From: Betaproteobacteria bacterium RIFCSPLOWO2_02_FULL_65_20
Lineage (GTDB): Bacteria > Pseudomonadota > Gammaproteobacteria > Burkholderiales > SG8-39
Length of the DNA: 33,127 nucleotides
Reading direction: 5' to 3'
Assembly (NCBI GenBank): GCA_001770425.1
Contig: MEQZ01000014.1
Span: 5,300-38,426, forward strand
Shown here piece after piece: positions 8,809 through 18,028 of the stretch. A program made the translations under genes and the position numbers. The notes below the pieces were generated by a model. It had not been told where the DNA came from, ran no database searches, and saw only the letters and a program-made list of their open reading frames with translations. Numbering within the stretch: position 1 is the stretch's first letter; each line of letters opens with the position of its first letter.

Positions 8809-8923
8809 GTCCGCTCGACAACAGGACGCCGCGGCGACCCCATCGACAACGAGCCCGGTCGTGCCCTCACCTGCTGCGAGCAATCGGGGCAACCGTATTC
8901 ACAAAACAGCATGGAGTAGACAA

Positions 8924-10639
8924 ATGACACAGAACAACACGGGCATCGGCAACGCGGGCGAGGTGTTTCTGCGCCTGCTGGCCAGCCGCGGCGTGGATTA
9001 TTTCTTCGCCAATCCCGGCACCGACTTCGCGTCGATCTGCGAGGCGCTCGCGCGCGCCCGGCAGGAAGGCTTCGCGGTGCCCAGAGCGGTGCTGGTGCCG
9101 CACGAGAACATCGGTGTGGGCATGGCCTACGGCGTGACCATGGTGACCGGCCGCGCGCAGGCGGTGATGGTGCACGTGAACGTGGGCACCGCCAACGCGA
9201 TCTGCGGCCTGATCAATGCCTCGCGCGAGAACATCCCCATGCTGATGGCCGCCGGGCGCACGCCGTTGTACGAATCCGGCAGGCACGGAGCCCGTTCGCA
9301 GAACATCCACTGGGCCCAGGAGATGTTCGACCAGTCGGCGATGCTGCGCGAGGTGGTGAAGTGGGACTACGAGCTTCGCGCCGGCGAGCAGATGGAAAGC
9401 GTGGTGGATCGCGCGCTGGCCATCGCCCGCAGCGAACCCAAGGGGCCGGTGTATCTGTCGCTGCCGCGCGAGGTGCTCGCCGAAGCGGGGGTCGCGCCCG
9501 GTTCGGCGGCAGCGTTGCAGAACCCGCCCGCCCCGCCCTCGCCGGACCCGGAGTCGATCGAGCGCGCCGCGTCCATCCTGGCCCGCGCGAAGAATCCGCT
9601 GGTGATCACCGCGCGCGCAGGGTCCGAGCCCGAGGCCGTGCCGCTGCTCGAGGCGCTCGCGGAGCGCTACGCGCTGCCGGTGGTCGAGTACCGGCCGCGC
9701 TACCTGTCGATCTCCAGCGCGCATCCGATGCACGCGGGCTACGAGCCGGGGCCATGGCTCGATGCCGCAGACGCGATCCTGGTGCTCGATTGCGACGTGC
9801 CCTGGATACCGGAGGCGAAATCGCCCGCGGCGGGCGTGCCGGTGATCCAGGTCGGCACCGACCCGCTGTTCGCGCGCTATCCGGCGCGGGGATTCCGCGG
9901 CGAGCTGAGCATAGCGAGCACCTCGCGCCGCGCGCTGGCCGCGCTCGGGGCAGCGCTGGAGCGCGCCGGCGTCGATCCCTCGCTGGTCGCGCAACGGCGC
10001 TCGCGCATCGAGGCCGCGGGCGCCGCGCGCCGCGCCGGCCTGGAGAAACTAATCGGCTCGGCGCGCAGCGCATCGCCCATGGGCATGGCGTGGGTGAGCC
10101 GCGCCCTTGCGGAAGCCATCGCGCGCGCTGGAGTCGGCGACGCGATCATCGTTAACGAATATTCGCTGCTCGCGCCCGCGGCGAACCTGACCCTGCCGGG
10201 CAGCTATTTCGGATCCAGCCCGGTCGGCGGACTGGGCTGGGGCCTGCCCGCGGCGCTCGGGGCGAAGCTGGCCGCGCCCGAGCGGCTGGTGATCGCGACG
10301 CTCGGCGACGGCAGCTACAGCTTCGCCAATCCGCTGGCCTGCTATCACGCCGCGGCGATGCACGACACGCCGGTGCTCACGCTGGTGTTGAACAACGGCG
10401 GCTACGGCGCCGTCGAGCGCGCCACGCGCGCGATGTATCCGAAGGGGATCGCGGCCAGCCAGGGCATACCGTTGGTGTCGCTCGATCCGCTGCCGCGCTA
10501 CGACGCGGCCATCGCCGCCTGCGGCGGACACGGCGAGCGCGTCGTCGAGGCCGAGGCGCTGCCCGCGGCGCTCGACCGGGCGATCCGCGCGGTGCGCGAG
10601 GACCGCCGCCAGGCGCTGCTGGACGTCGCCTGCGTCTGA
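8924..10639 (+). CDS. Thiamine diphosphate-dependent enzyme (acetolactate synthase/decarboxylase superfamily)
   Basis: FANPGTDF, PHE catalytic Glu, GPVYLSLP, GLGWGLPAALG, and the GDG...NN ThDP-binding motif. RBS GGAG before ATG 8924. Confidence 0.9.
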   Translation: MTQNNTGIGNAGEVFLRLLASRGVDYFFANPGTDFASICEALARARQEGFAVPRAVLVPHENIGVGMAYGVTMVTGRAQAVMVHVNVGTANAICGLINASRENIPMLMAAGRTPLYESGRHGARSQNIHWAQEMFDQSAMLREVVKWDYELRAGEQMESVVDRALAIARSEPKGPVYLSLPREVLAEAGVAPGSAAALQNPPAPPSPDPESIERAASILARAKNPLVITARAGSEPEAVPLLEALAERYALPVVEYRPRYLSISSAHPMHAGYEPGPWLDAADAILVLDCDVPWIPEAKSPAAGVPVIQVGTDPLFARYPARGFRGELSIASTSRRALAALGAALERAGVDPSLVAQRRSRIEAAGAARRAGLEKLIGSARSASPMGMAWVSRALAEAIARAGVGDAIIVNEYSLLAPAANLTLPGSYFGSSPVGGLGWGLPAALGAKLAAPERLVIATLGDGSYSFANPLACYHAAAMHDTPVLTLVLNNGGYGAVERATRAMYPKGIAASQGIPLVSLDPLPRYDAAIAACGGHGERVVEAEALPAALDRAIRAVREDRRQALLDVACV

Positions 10640-10688
10640 TCGCACCGCGGCCCGCATCGAGACGACCCGCTCATCGGAGGCGCGCGCC

Positions 10689-12395
10689 ATGTCCCGCGAT
10701 CCCGGACCATCCGATCCCAGCCTGCGCTACGGCGAGTTCCTGAGCGCGGTGCGCGTCAGGCAGCGGCTGGTGAGCTACAACCGCGTGCACGAAGAAGGGC
10801 GCAGCCAGGCCAGGGCGCCGCAGCTGCGCCTCGTCGATCTGCACCGCCTGCTCACCCCTTACGTGAGCGTGCGTTTCCTGGAACAGGCGCGCGCCGTAGT
10901 GCCGCTGGCGCTGTTTCTTGCGCTGTTCCAGACCGCCGCGCTGCGCGTTGCCGTGCGGGAGGGCGACGAAATCATCCTCGGCATGCTCGCGGTGATGCTC
11001 GGGCTGACGCTGTTCATGGACGGAGTCAAGTATGGGCTGATGCCGTTCGCCGAAAACATCGGCTTCAAGCTGCCCGGCCGCTCGCCCACGGCGGTCGTGC
11101 TCGCATTCGCATTCCTGCTCGGCGGGATCGCCACGTTCGCCGAACCGGCGATCGGCGCGCTGCGCGCCGCGGGCGCGGGACTGGATCCGGCGCGCACGCC
11201 CTGGCTGCACCTGCTGCTCACGCGCTATCCGGACCGGCTGGTATTCGCCGTCGGCGCCGGCGTCGGCGCCGCTGTGGTATTGGGCATGCTGCGCTTCATC
11301 TACGCGTGGCGCATGAAGACGCTGGTCATCGCCGTGCTCCTGCCCTGCCTCGCCGCTTCGGTCTACGCCGGACTCGATCCGCGTCTGGCGCCCATCCTCG
11401 GCCTGGCCTGGGACTGCGGCGCGGTCACCACCGGGCCGGTGACGGTGCCGCTGGTGCTGGCGCTGGGAATCGGCGTCGGGGCCGCTGCCGGCGACCGGGA
11501 CAACCCTCTCTCGGGCTTCGGTATCGTCACCCTTGCCTCGCTGTTTCCGGCCATGGCGGTGATCCTGGTCGCCGTGGGCCTGGTGGCCGAAGTGCCCGAC
11601 CCCGGCGCGCTGCCGGCGCTTGCCGAGGTTGGAACCGCGGCGGCGTGGTGGGACCAGACGCCGGTGGCCGAGATGATCGGCGCCCTGCGCGCCATCGCGC
11701 CGCTTGTCCTGCTCCTGTGGCTGGCGCAACGCTTCCTGCTCGGCGAGACGCTGGCGCAGCGCCAACTCATCGCCTACGGCGTGGTGACCGCCGTGCTCGG
11801 CATGAGCCTGTTCAACGTCGGCCTGAGCATAGGCCTGATCCCGCTGGGCGACCAGGCCGGCAACGTCGTTCCCTCCGCCTTTCACGCCGCGCAGGGCGGC
11901 ACGCCGCTCTACCCCTATGCTTTCGGCGTCGGCCTGACGCTGCTGTTTGCCGCCACCATAGGCTATGGCGCCACGGTGGCCGAACCGGCGCTCAATGCGA
12001 TGGGCGTCACGGTGGAGAATCTCACCGACGGCGCCTTTCCGCGCAAGCTGCTGATCCGGGCCGTGGCCACGGGCGTGGCCATGGGCACGGCGCTGGGGGT
12101 CGCGAAAATCATTTTCCAGTGGCCCATGCTGCCGCTGCTGCTGGGCGCCTACGCCGTGGCGCTGGTGTGCACGGTGCTGTCGATCGACGAGTATGTAAGC
12201 CTGGCATGGGACAGCGCCGGGGTCACCACGGGCCCGGTGACGGTGCCGCTCGTACTGGCGCTCGGCCTGGGTCTGGGCAAGGCGGTGGGCGCCGCGGAAG
12301 GTTTCGGCATCCTGGCCATGGCATCGGCCGGGCCGATCATCAGCGTGCTGGCGGTGGGGCTGTGGATCCGCCGCCGCAGCGCCGCCGAGCATTGA
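10689..12395 (+). CDS. DUF1538 family membrane protein with two fused DUF1538 domains
   Basis: Highly hydrophobic. Two copies each of AEPA and AWD(C/S)(G/A)(A/G)VTTGPVTVPLVLALG, plus GFGI. RBS GGAGG. Confidence 0.85.
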   Translation: MSRDPGPSDPSLRYGEFLSAVRVRQRLVSYNRVHEEGRSQARAPQLRLVDLHRLLTPYVSVRFLEQARAVVPLALFLALFQTAALRVAVREGDEIILGMLAVMLGLTLFMDGVKYGLMPFAENIGFKLPGRSPTAVVLAFAFLLGGIATFAEPAIGALRAAGAGLDPARTPWLHLLLTRYPDRLVFAVGAGVGAAVVLGMLRFIYAWRMKTLVIAVLLPCLAASVYAGLDPRLAPILGLAWDCGAVTTGPVTVPLVLALGIGVGAAAGDRDNPLSGFGIVTLASLFPAMAVILVAVGLVAEVPDPGALPALAEVGTAAAWWDQTPVAEMIGALRAIAPLVLLLWLAQRFLLGETLAQRQLIAYGVVTAVLGMSLFNVGLSIGLIPLGDQAGNVVPSAFHAAQGGTPLYPYAFGVGLTLLFAATIGYGATVAEPALNAMGVTVENLTDGAFPRKLLIRAVATGVAMGTALGVAKIIFQWPMLPLLLGAYAVALVCTVLSIDEYVSLAWDSAGVTTGPVTVPLVLALGLGLGKAVGAAEGFGILAMASAGPIISVLAVGLWIRRRSAAEH

Positions 12396-12420
12396 AAGCG
12401 AAGCAACGGAGGGAGCCCGA

Positions 12421-12804
12421 ATGAAAAAACGCGACGAGATCGTGGTGCTGACCGATGCGGTGCTGATCACCTGCATCGTCCAGCGCGGTTCGGCCGACGC
12501 GGTGGTCGATGCCGCGACGGAAGCCGGGGCGCAGGGCGCCACTATTTTCTACGCGCGCGGCACCGGCGTGCGCCAGAAGCACCTTGGCGTGCTCGGCATC
12601 ACGGTCAATGCCGAGAAGGAAGTGCTCTATATCGTCGCCCCCAGCGACCATGCGGACCACATTTTCGAGCGCATCTACGTCGCCGCCCACCTCGACACAC
12701 CGGGAATGGGCATGCTCTACATGATGCCGCTGGAGAAGATGGCGACCTACGTTCCCCCCGAGGTCGCGACGCGTTTCGGTCACCATGCCGGCCGCCGTGG
12801 ATAA
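12421..12804 (+). CDS. P-II superfamily (P-II-like) signal transduction protein
   Basis: LITCIVQRG...AGAQGAT...ARGTG...EKE...LDTPGMG pattern. RBS GGAGGGAG. Confidence 0.85.
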   Translation: MKKRDEIVVLTDAVLITCIVQRGSADAVVDAATEAGAQGATIFYARGTGVRQKHLGVLGITVNAEKEVLYIVAPSDHADHIFERIYVAAHLDTPGMGMLYMMPLEKMATYVPPEVATRFGHHAGRRG

Positions 12805-13165
12805 GCCGGACAAGGCTGCCGCGGCGCCGCCCGCAGGCGTCCGGTATCGCGTGATCATCTGCATCATGCCCGCCGGCCGCGGCGCGGAGATGCTGCAAGC
12901 CCTGCGCAGCGAGACCGGCGTCATCAGCGCCTACACCCACCATGCGCGCGGCATCGGCACGCACAGCCTGCGCCACCGCATCTATTCCGACGAAAAGCAG
13001 ATCTTCACCGTGCTGGTGGAGGACGAGCGCGCCGACGAGGTGTTCCACTTTCTCTATTACCGCGCCGGCCTGGACACGCCGCACGCAGGAATGATCATGA
13101 TGGGCCGCGCGGCACGCGGAGCCGGCGTCGTTCCGCTGCCCGAGGCCGCAAGCGGCGGCGCGTAG
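12785..13165 (+). CDS. Second, more divergent P-II-like protein
   Basis: IICIMPAG...ARGIG...EKQIFTVLV...LDTPHAG parallels the upstream P-II-like protein. Overlaps its stop; alternative GTG start at 12797. Confidence 0.7.
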   Translation: MPAAVDKPDKAAAAPPAGVRYRVIICIMPAGRGAEMLQALRSETGVISAYTHHARGIGTHSLRHRIYSDEKQIFTVLVEDERADEVFHFLYYRAGLDTPHAGMIMMGRAARGAGVVPLPEAASGGA

Positions 13166-13194
13166 GCGCCCGTCTGCGGCACCCCGGGGCGCCG

Positions 13195-14427
13195 CTAGGA
13201 GATTTTCGGCGTCAGCACCAGACGCCGTATCGCGGCGCTCCTGGCCAGCGACAGCCACACGTAGCCCAGCACGATGGCCGCTCCGCCCGCGAGCGCCGCG
13301 CGGGGCCCGGTCAGCGAGCCGACGAAGTTCAGCAGGAAGCCGCTCAGGAACATCAGGCTCCACACCAGCGTGAACACGCCCATCACCCTGCCGCGGTACT
13401 GGTCATCCACGAGCGTCTGCAGGATCACCTGGCAGCTGGTCACAAAAACCGCGTGGTTGAGCCCGACCACGAGCAGCAACACGAACGAAACCCAGAACCA
13501 GCTGCTCAGCGCAACGCCGATAAGCGCGAAGCAATACGCGCTCAGCGAATACACCATCGCGTTCCTGGGCGTCGTGCGCGCGTGCAGCCACGAATAGAAA
13601 AGCAGCCCGCACAGCGCTCCGATCCCGGGCGCCGACGCGAGTATGCCGAGCCCGCGCGAATCGACCCCGAGCACGTCCTTGGCGAACACGGGCAGCGTGT
13701 AGATGTAGCCCATGGCGAGGGCCGCGTTCAACAGCGAGGCGACAATGACCTTGGAGAAGACTTCGTTCTTACGGATGTAGCGCACGCTGTCGGCGAGGTT
13801 GTCGATCAGGCTGCCATACGAGGGCGCGCCGCGGGTGCTGGACCGCACCAGGAACAGGATCGCGATCATCGAGCTGATCCCGATCGCCGAGAGCAGGAAG
13901 GTGACGGACGCGCCGGCCGCCGCGATCAGAAAACCGGCGAGCGAAGGCGCGACGATGCGCGAGCCGCCGAAGGCCATGGAGATGAGCGGGACACCCGAGC
14001 CCAGGTGCGACTTGGGGAGCAGCCGCGGAAAGAACGCCGTGCGGCTCGGCTCGTCGATGGCGTTGGACAAGCCGAGCAGAAGCGACCCGAGGGCGAGGTG
14101 CCAGAGCTCCGCCCGGCCCAGGAACGTCATGATCCCCACCCAGATGACCCCGACCGCCGCGAACGACTGGGCGGCCTGGATGAGCTTGCGCGGGTCGATG
14201 CGGTCGGCGAGCGCCCCGCCTATCATCGTCAACGCGAACTGCGGCACGAACGCGCACAAGTGGATCAGACCGAGCTGCGCCTGCGAGCCGGTGATCTCGA
14301 ACGCCAGCCACCCGAGCGTGAACTGGAACATGTGCTGGCCACTGATCTGCGCGATCAGGCCGCTCCAGTACAGCCTGAAGTCCCGCACCCGCAGAGCGAT
14401 CAGCGCGCCGCCTTTGAATTCGGTCAT
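13195..14427 (-). CDS. MFS transporter (DHA3/MFS_3-like)
   Basis: About 12 hydrophobic segments; RDFRLYWSG, GGALADRIDPRK (motif A) and YRGRVMG. Confidence 0.9.
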   Translation of the reverse strand: MTEFKGGALIALRVRDFRLYWSGLIAQISGQHMFQFTLGWLAFEITGSQAQLGLIHLCAFVPQFALTMIGGALADRIDPRKLIQAAQSFAAVGVIWVGIMTFLGRAELWHLALGSLLLGLSNAIDEPSRTAFFPRLLPKSHLGSGVPLISMAFGGSRIVAPSLAGFLIAAAGASVTFLLSAIGISSMIAILFLVRSSTRGAPSYGSLIDNLADSVRYIRKNEVFSKVIVASLLNAALAMGYIYTLPVFAKDVLGVDSRGLGILASAPGIGALCGLLFYSWLHARTTPRNAMVYSLSAYCFALIGVALSSWFWVSFVLLLVVGLNHAVFVTSCQVILQTLVDDQYRGRVMGVFTLVWSLMFLSGFLLNFVGSLTGPRAALAGGAAIVLGYVWLSLARSAAIRRLVLTPKIS

Positions 14428-14517
14428 GCCCGCAGCTTACCCCGGGCGGGAGAACGGGGCAGAAGCGCCGGCGGCTCCACGGGCCGGCCCGGCGCGGGTC
14501 ATGGCACGCAGCGCGGC

Positions 14518-16845
14518 TTACCCCTTTGCCTCCCGGATCGCTCGCCACAGCTTTTGCGGCGTCGCAGGCATGTCGATGTGGGTGATCCCCAGCGGCGAGA
14601 GCGCGTCCACCACGGCGTTCATGATCGCCGCGAGCGCCCCGACGTTGCCCGCTTCGCCCGCGCCTTTGGCGCCCAGCGGATTGGTCTTGGTCGGCACCGG
14701 GTGGTTCTCCATGGTGAACGCGCACATGTCGTCCGCGCGCGGCATGCCGTAGTCCATGAACGAGCCGGTGAGCAACTGCCCCGAGTCCGGGTCGTAGACG
14801 ACGTGCTCGCTGAACGCCTGGCCCACGCCCTGGCCGATGCCGCCGTGGATCTGGCCTTCCAGCGTGAGCGCGTTGATCACCGTGCCGACGTCGTCGACCA
14901 CGGTGTAGTTCAGCACTTCGGACTTGCCGGTCTCAGGATCGATCTCCACCTCGCAGATATGGCAGCCGGTCGGGAAATTGGGAATCTCGGGCGAGTAGGC
15001 CGCCGATTCCGCCAGTCCGGTCTCCATGTCCGCGGGAATCTTCGAGCGCTGGAAGGCGGCCTGCACGACCTCGAGCAGCTTCACCTTGCGGTCGGTGCCG
15101 GCCACGCGAAACGCCGCTTCCTTGAACTCGACGTCGGCCGCGGCAACCTCGAGTATGTGCGCCGCGATGCGCCTGCCCTTGTCGATGATCTTGTCCATGG
15201 CGAGCGTCACCGCGCTGCCCCCCAGCACCGCGGTGCGCGAGGCGAACGTGCCCCCGCCGTCGGCGGCGACATCGGTGTCGTTGCGCGCCACCCGGATCGA
15301 ATCGGCGTCGATCCCCAGGCGGGCACTCACCAGGATCTTGTACATGGTCTCGTGGCCCTGGCCGTGCGAGATCGATCCGGGCACCACCGTCACCCCGCCC
15401 GCCGGATCGAAGCGCACCTGCACCGTCTCGCCGAAGCTCTGCGAGGTCTGTTCGATCACGTTGCCGATGCCGATTCCGCGCAGCCTGCCGCGGCGCGCGG
15501 ACTCGGCGCGGCGCGCCTCGAACGTTGCGTAGCCCGAGAGTTCGAGCCCGCGCTCCAGGTTGGCGGCAAAATCGCCGCAGTCGTAGGTGAACACGAGCCC
15601 GGTCCGAAACGGCATCGCGCTCGCCGGGATGGTGTTCCTGCGGCGCAGCTCCGCGCGGTCGATCTTCATCTCGCGCGCGGCATTGTCGATCACGCGCTCG
15701 AGGATGTACGCGGCCTCCGGCCGCCCCGAGCCGCGGTAGGGCCCGTTGCAGGAGGTGTTGGAGAACACGCCCGCGACTTCGACGTAGATCGCGGGCGTGG
15801 TGTAGGTGCCGGCCAGCCCGCCCAGATGAGCGGTGGGCGAGATCAGGCCGCCGGGCATCATGTAGGCGCCGATGTTGGACACGTTGGAGACGCGCAGCGC
15901 GAGAAACCTGCCCTCGCGGTCAAGTGCCAGCGCCGCCTCGCTGATGTGGTCGCGGTCGTGGTCGTCGCTCGCCATCGCATCGCCGCGCTCGCAGATCCAC
16001 TTGACCGCCCGCCCGACCTTCTTCGAGGCCCAGAGCGCGAGCGCGTACTCCGGATAGTGCCCGCCCTTCATGCCGAAACTGCCGCCGACTTCGCCCGCCA
16101 CGACGCGCAGCTGCGTCTCGGGAATCCTCAGCACGGCGTGGCCCACGTCGTGGCGCGTGCGGTGCGGGCGCTGGGTGCCGGTCCACAGCGTGTAGCGCTC
16201 GTCGCGCTCGTCGTATTCGCCGATGCAGCCGCGCGGCTCCATGGTCGCCGCGGTGACGCGGTTGATCACGATGCGCAGCCGGGTCACGTGGTGCGCGCGC
16301 GCGAACGCGGCCTCCACCGCGCCTCGATTGCCCTGCGTGAAGAAGAAGGTCTCGTTGTCGGGGCAGCCTTCCCACAGCGCGGGCGCGCCGGGTGCGCCGA
16401 TGCGCTCGGTCGCGGTCAGCGCCGGCAGCGGCTCGTACTCGACCTCGATGCGCTCGGCCGCGTCCCTCGCCAGCGAGACGGTTTCGGCGACCACGAACGC
16501 CACCGGATCGCCCACCAGCATGACGCGCCCGTGCGCCAGCGCGGGGCGCGGCGGCACGAATATCGGCTTGCCGTCACGCCGGCGGCGCGGAATGCTCGGC
16601 TCGATGTGGCCGAAGCCTTCCGCCGCCCAGTCCTCGCCGGTCAGCACCGCCAGCACGCCGGGCATCGCGCGCGCGGCGCGCGCCTCCACCGACACGATGC
16701 GCGCATGCGCGTGGGGCGAGCGCAGCACGCAGGCGTGGCACTGGCCGGGGACGAAGAAGTCGTCGACGAATTTTCCCCGGCCGGTCAGCAGGCGCGGATC
16801 TTCGGTGCGCGGCACCGACTGGCCAATTGCGAACTCTCCCATCAT
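14518..16845 (-). CDS. Xanthine dehydrogenase family molybdopterin-binding large subunit (CoxL-like, not form I CODH)
   Basis: RTEDPRLLTGRG, GGSFGMKG, PYRGSGRPE, HGQGHET, GQIHGG and GAKGAGE. Confidence 0.92.
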   Translation of the reverse strand: MMGEFAIGQSVPRTEDPRLLTGRGKFVDDFFVPGQCHACVLRSPHAHARIVSVEARAARAMPGVLAVLTGEDWAAEGFGHIEPSIPRRRRDGKPIFVPPRPALAHGRVMLVGDPVAFVVAETVSLARDAAERIEVEYEPLPALTATERIGAPGAPALWEGCPDNETFFFTQGNRGAVEAAFARAHHVTRLRIVINRVTAATMEPRGCIGEYDERDERYTLWTGTQRPHRTRHDVGHAVLRIPETQLRVVAGEVGGSFGMKGGHYPEYALALWASKKVGRAVKWICERGDAMASDDHDRDHISEAALALDREGRFLALRVSNVSNIGAYMMPGGLISPTAHLGGLAGTYTTPAIYVEVAGVFSNTSCNGPYRGSGRPEAAYILERVIDNAAREMKIDRAELRRRNTIPASAMPFRTGLVFTYDCGDFAANLERGLELSGYATFEARRAESARRGRLRGIGIGNVIEQTSQSFGETVQVRFDPAGGVTVVPGSISHGQGHETMYKILVSARLGIDADSIRVARNDTDVAADGGGTFASRTAVLGGSAVTLAMDKIIDKGRRIAAHILEVAAADVEFKEAAFRVAGTDRKVKLLEVVQAAFQRSKIPADMETGLAESAAYSPEIPNFPTGCHICEVEIDPETGKSEVLNYTVVDDVGTVINALTLEGQIHGGIGQGVGQAFSEHVVYDPDSGQLLTGSFMDYGMPRADDMCAFTMENHPVPTKTNPLGAKGAGEAGNVGALAAIMNAVVDALSPLGITHIDMPATPQKLWRAIREAKG

Positions 16846-16899
16846 CTTCTCCCGTTGCTGCGCGCCGGAACATCCATTATGCGAGGCCTGCCGGCCGCG

Positions 16900-16917
16900 G
16901 GTTTCGCAGGCGAAACC
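16900..16917. terminator. Hairpin directly after the MBL gene stop
   Basis: GGTTTCG-CAGG-CGAAACC. No clear U tract. Confidence 0.35.
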
Positions 16918-16920
16918 GGG

Positions 16921-17919
16921 TCAGACGCCGAAGCTGAAGCGGCTGGCGACGTTGGAATAGACCAGCTTGCCGGGCATGCGCTCGCGCATCATCTCGATGA
17001 ACGGCGCGCCGGTGCAGTGCATCGGGATGATCACGTCCGGATCGAGCGCTTCGAGTTCGCGCAGGCTGTGCTGCAGGTACTCCGGCTTCGCCATGCCCAG
17101 GTGGAAGCCGCCGATCACCGCGTGCACCTTGTCCACGTTGGCCGCGGCCATCGCGCTCTTCACGCTGTTGATGATGCCCGCGTGGCCGCAGGAGGAGATC
17201 ACCACCAGCCCGCGTCCCTTCACGATGTAGCAGGTCGCGTGCTCGTCGGGGTGCAGGTCGCGCACCAGGTCGCCTCGACGCTCGGCTTCGCTGTAGTGGC
17301 CGCCGTCGTCCTCCACCATCGTGCCGCCGGTGACCTCCTCGAACGACTTGCGCTCGATGTAGCCCGAGGTGAAGGCGCCATCCAGCGCACGCGGCGCCGG
17401 GCAGCAAACGGTGGCGACGTTCTGCGCCCGCAGCGAGGCCCGGTTGGCCGCGCCCCAGGGCAGCGGCTCGCTGTCCTTTTCATTGAGCCACTTCTCGCGG
17501 AATACGGTCTCGCCGCCGACATAGAGCGCCAGGTCGTCGCGCATCTTGCTGCGGTGCTGCATGACGAAGCCGTCCATGCCGCCGAAGTGATCGCGGTGGC
17601 CGTGGCTGAGGATCAGCCCGTTGATCGCCACCGGATCGATGTCGAGCAGGTCGAAGTTGCGGTTGAGGATCTCCGGCGTGTAGCCGAAGTCGAGCAGGTA
17701 CTGCGTTGTTGCGCCCGCCTGTACCGAGGAAAGGTGCAGCGACAGCCCCCACTCGGCGGCGATGGTCGTCATCTGGCGCCCCGGCACCCGCCCCACGTGC
17801 TCGATAGCCACGTGCGGATGCGTGGCCTTGGGCAGGAAGCGCTCGTAGTGCGAATCGACCACCACGCGCACCGACAGCGAGTCGACCACCGGGGCCTTGA
17901 AGGGAGTGACGGCTTGCAT
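16921..17919 (-). CDS. MBL-fold metallo-hydrolase (MJ0301/dihydropteroate-synthase-like subgroup)
   Basis: EWGLS, LLDFG, SHGHRDHFGG (HxHxDH), SCGHAG, GGFHL and PMHCTG. RBS CAGGAGG before ATG 17919. Confidence 0.88.
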   Translation of the reverse strand: MQAVTPFKAPVVDSLSVRVVVDSHYERFLPKATHPHVAIEHVGRVPGRQMTTIAAEWGLSLHLSSVQAGATTQYLLDFGYTPEILNRNFDLLDIDPVAINGLILSHGHRDHFGGMDGFVMQHRSKMRDDLALYVGGETVFREKWLNEKDSEPLPWGAANRASLRAQNVATVCCPAPRALDGAFTSGYIERKSFEEVTGGTMVEDDGGHYSEAERRGDLVRDLHPDEHATCYIVKGRGLVVISSCGHAGIINSVKSAMAAANVDKVHAVIGGFHLGMAKPEYLQHSLRELEALDPDVIIPMHCTGAPFIEMMRERMPGKLVYSNVASRFSFGV

Positions 17920-18028
17920 GACAAAACCTCCTGCATTGAATGCTGTTGCGGACCGGATAAGGATGAAGGATGCTGCAGCCAGTGGCAAGCGCCCTGGGGC
18001 GAATACGCGAACGAGGTCGCGCAGCGCG

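Noticed and set aside
12421-12804. glnB/glnK assignment
   Set aside because: Canonical T-loop and B-loop motifs are absent and no amtB is nearby.
14518-16845. Aerobic CO dehydrogenase coxL
   Set aside because: Lacks the AYxCSFR loop and adjacent coxM/coxS genes.
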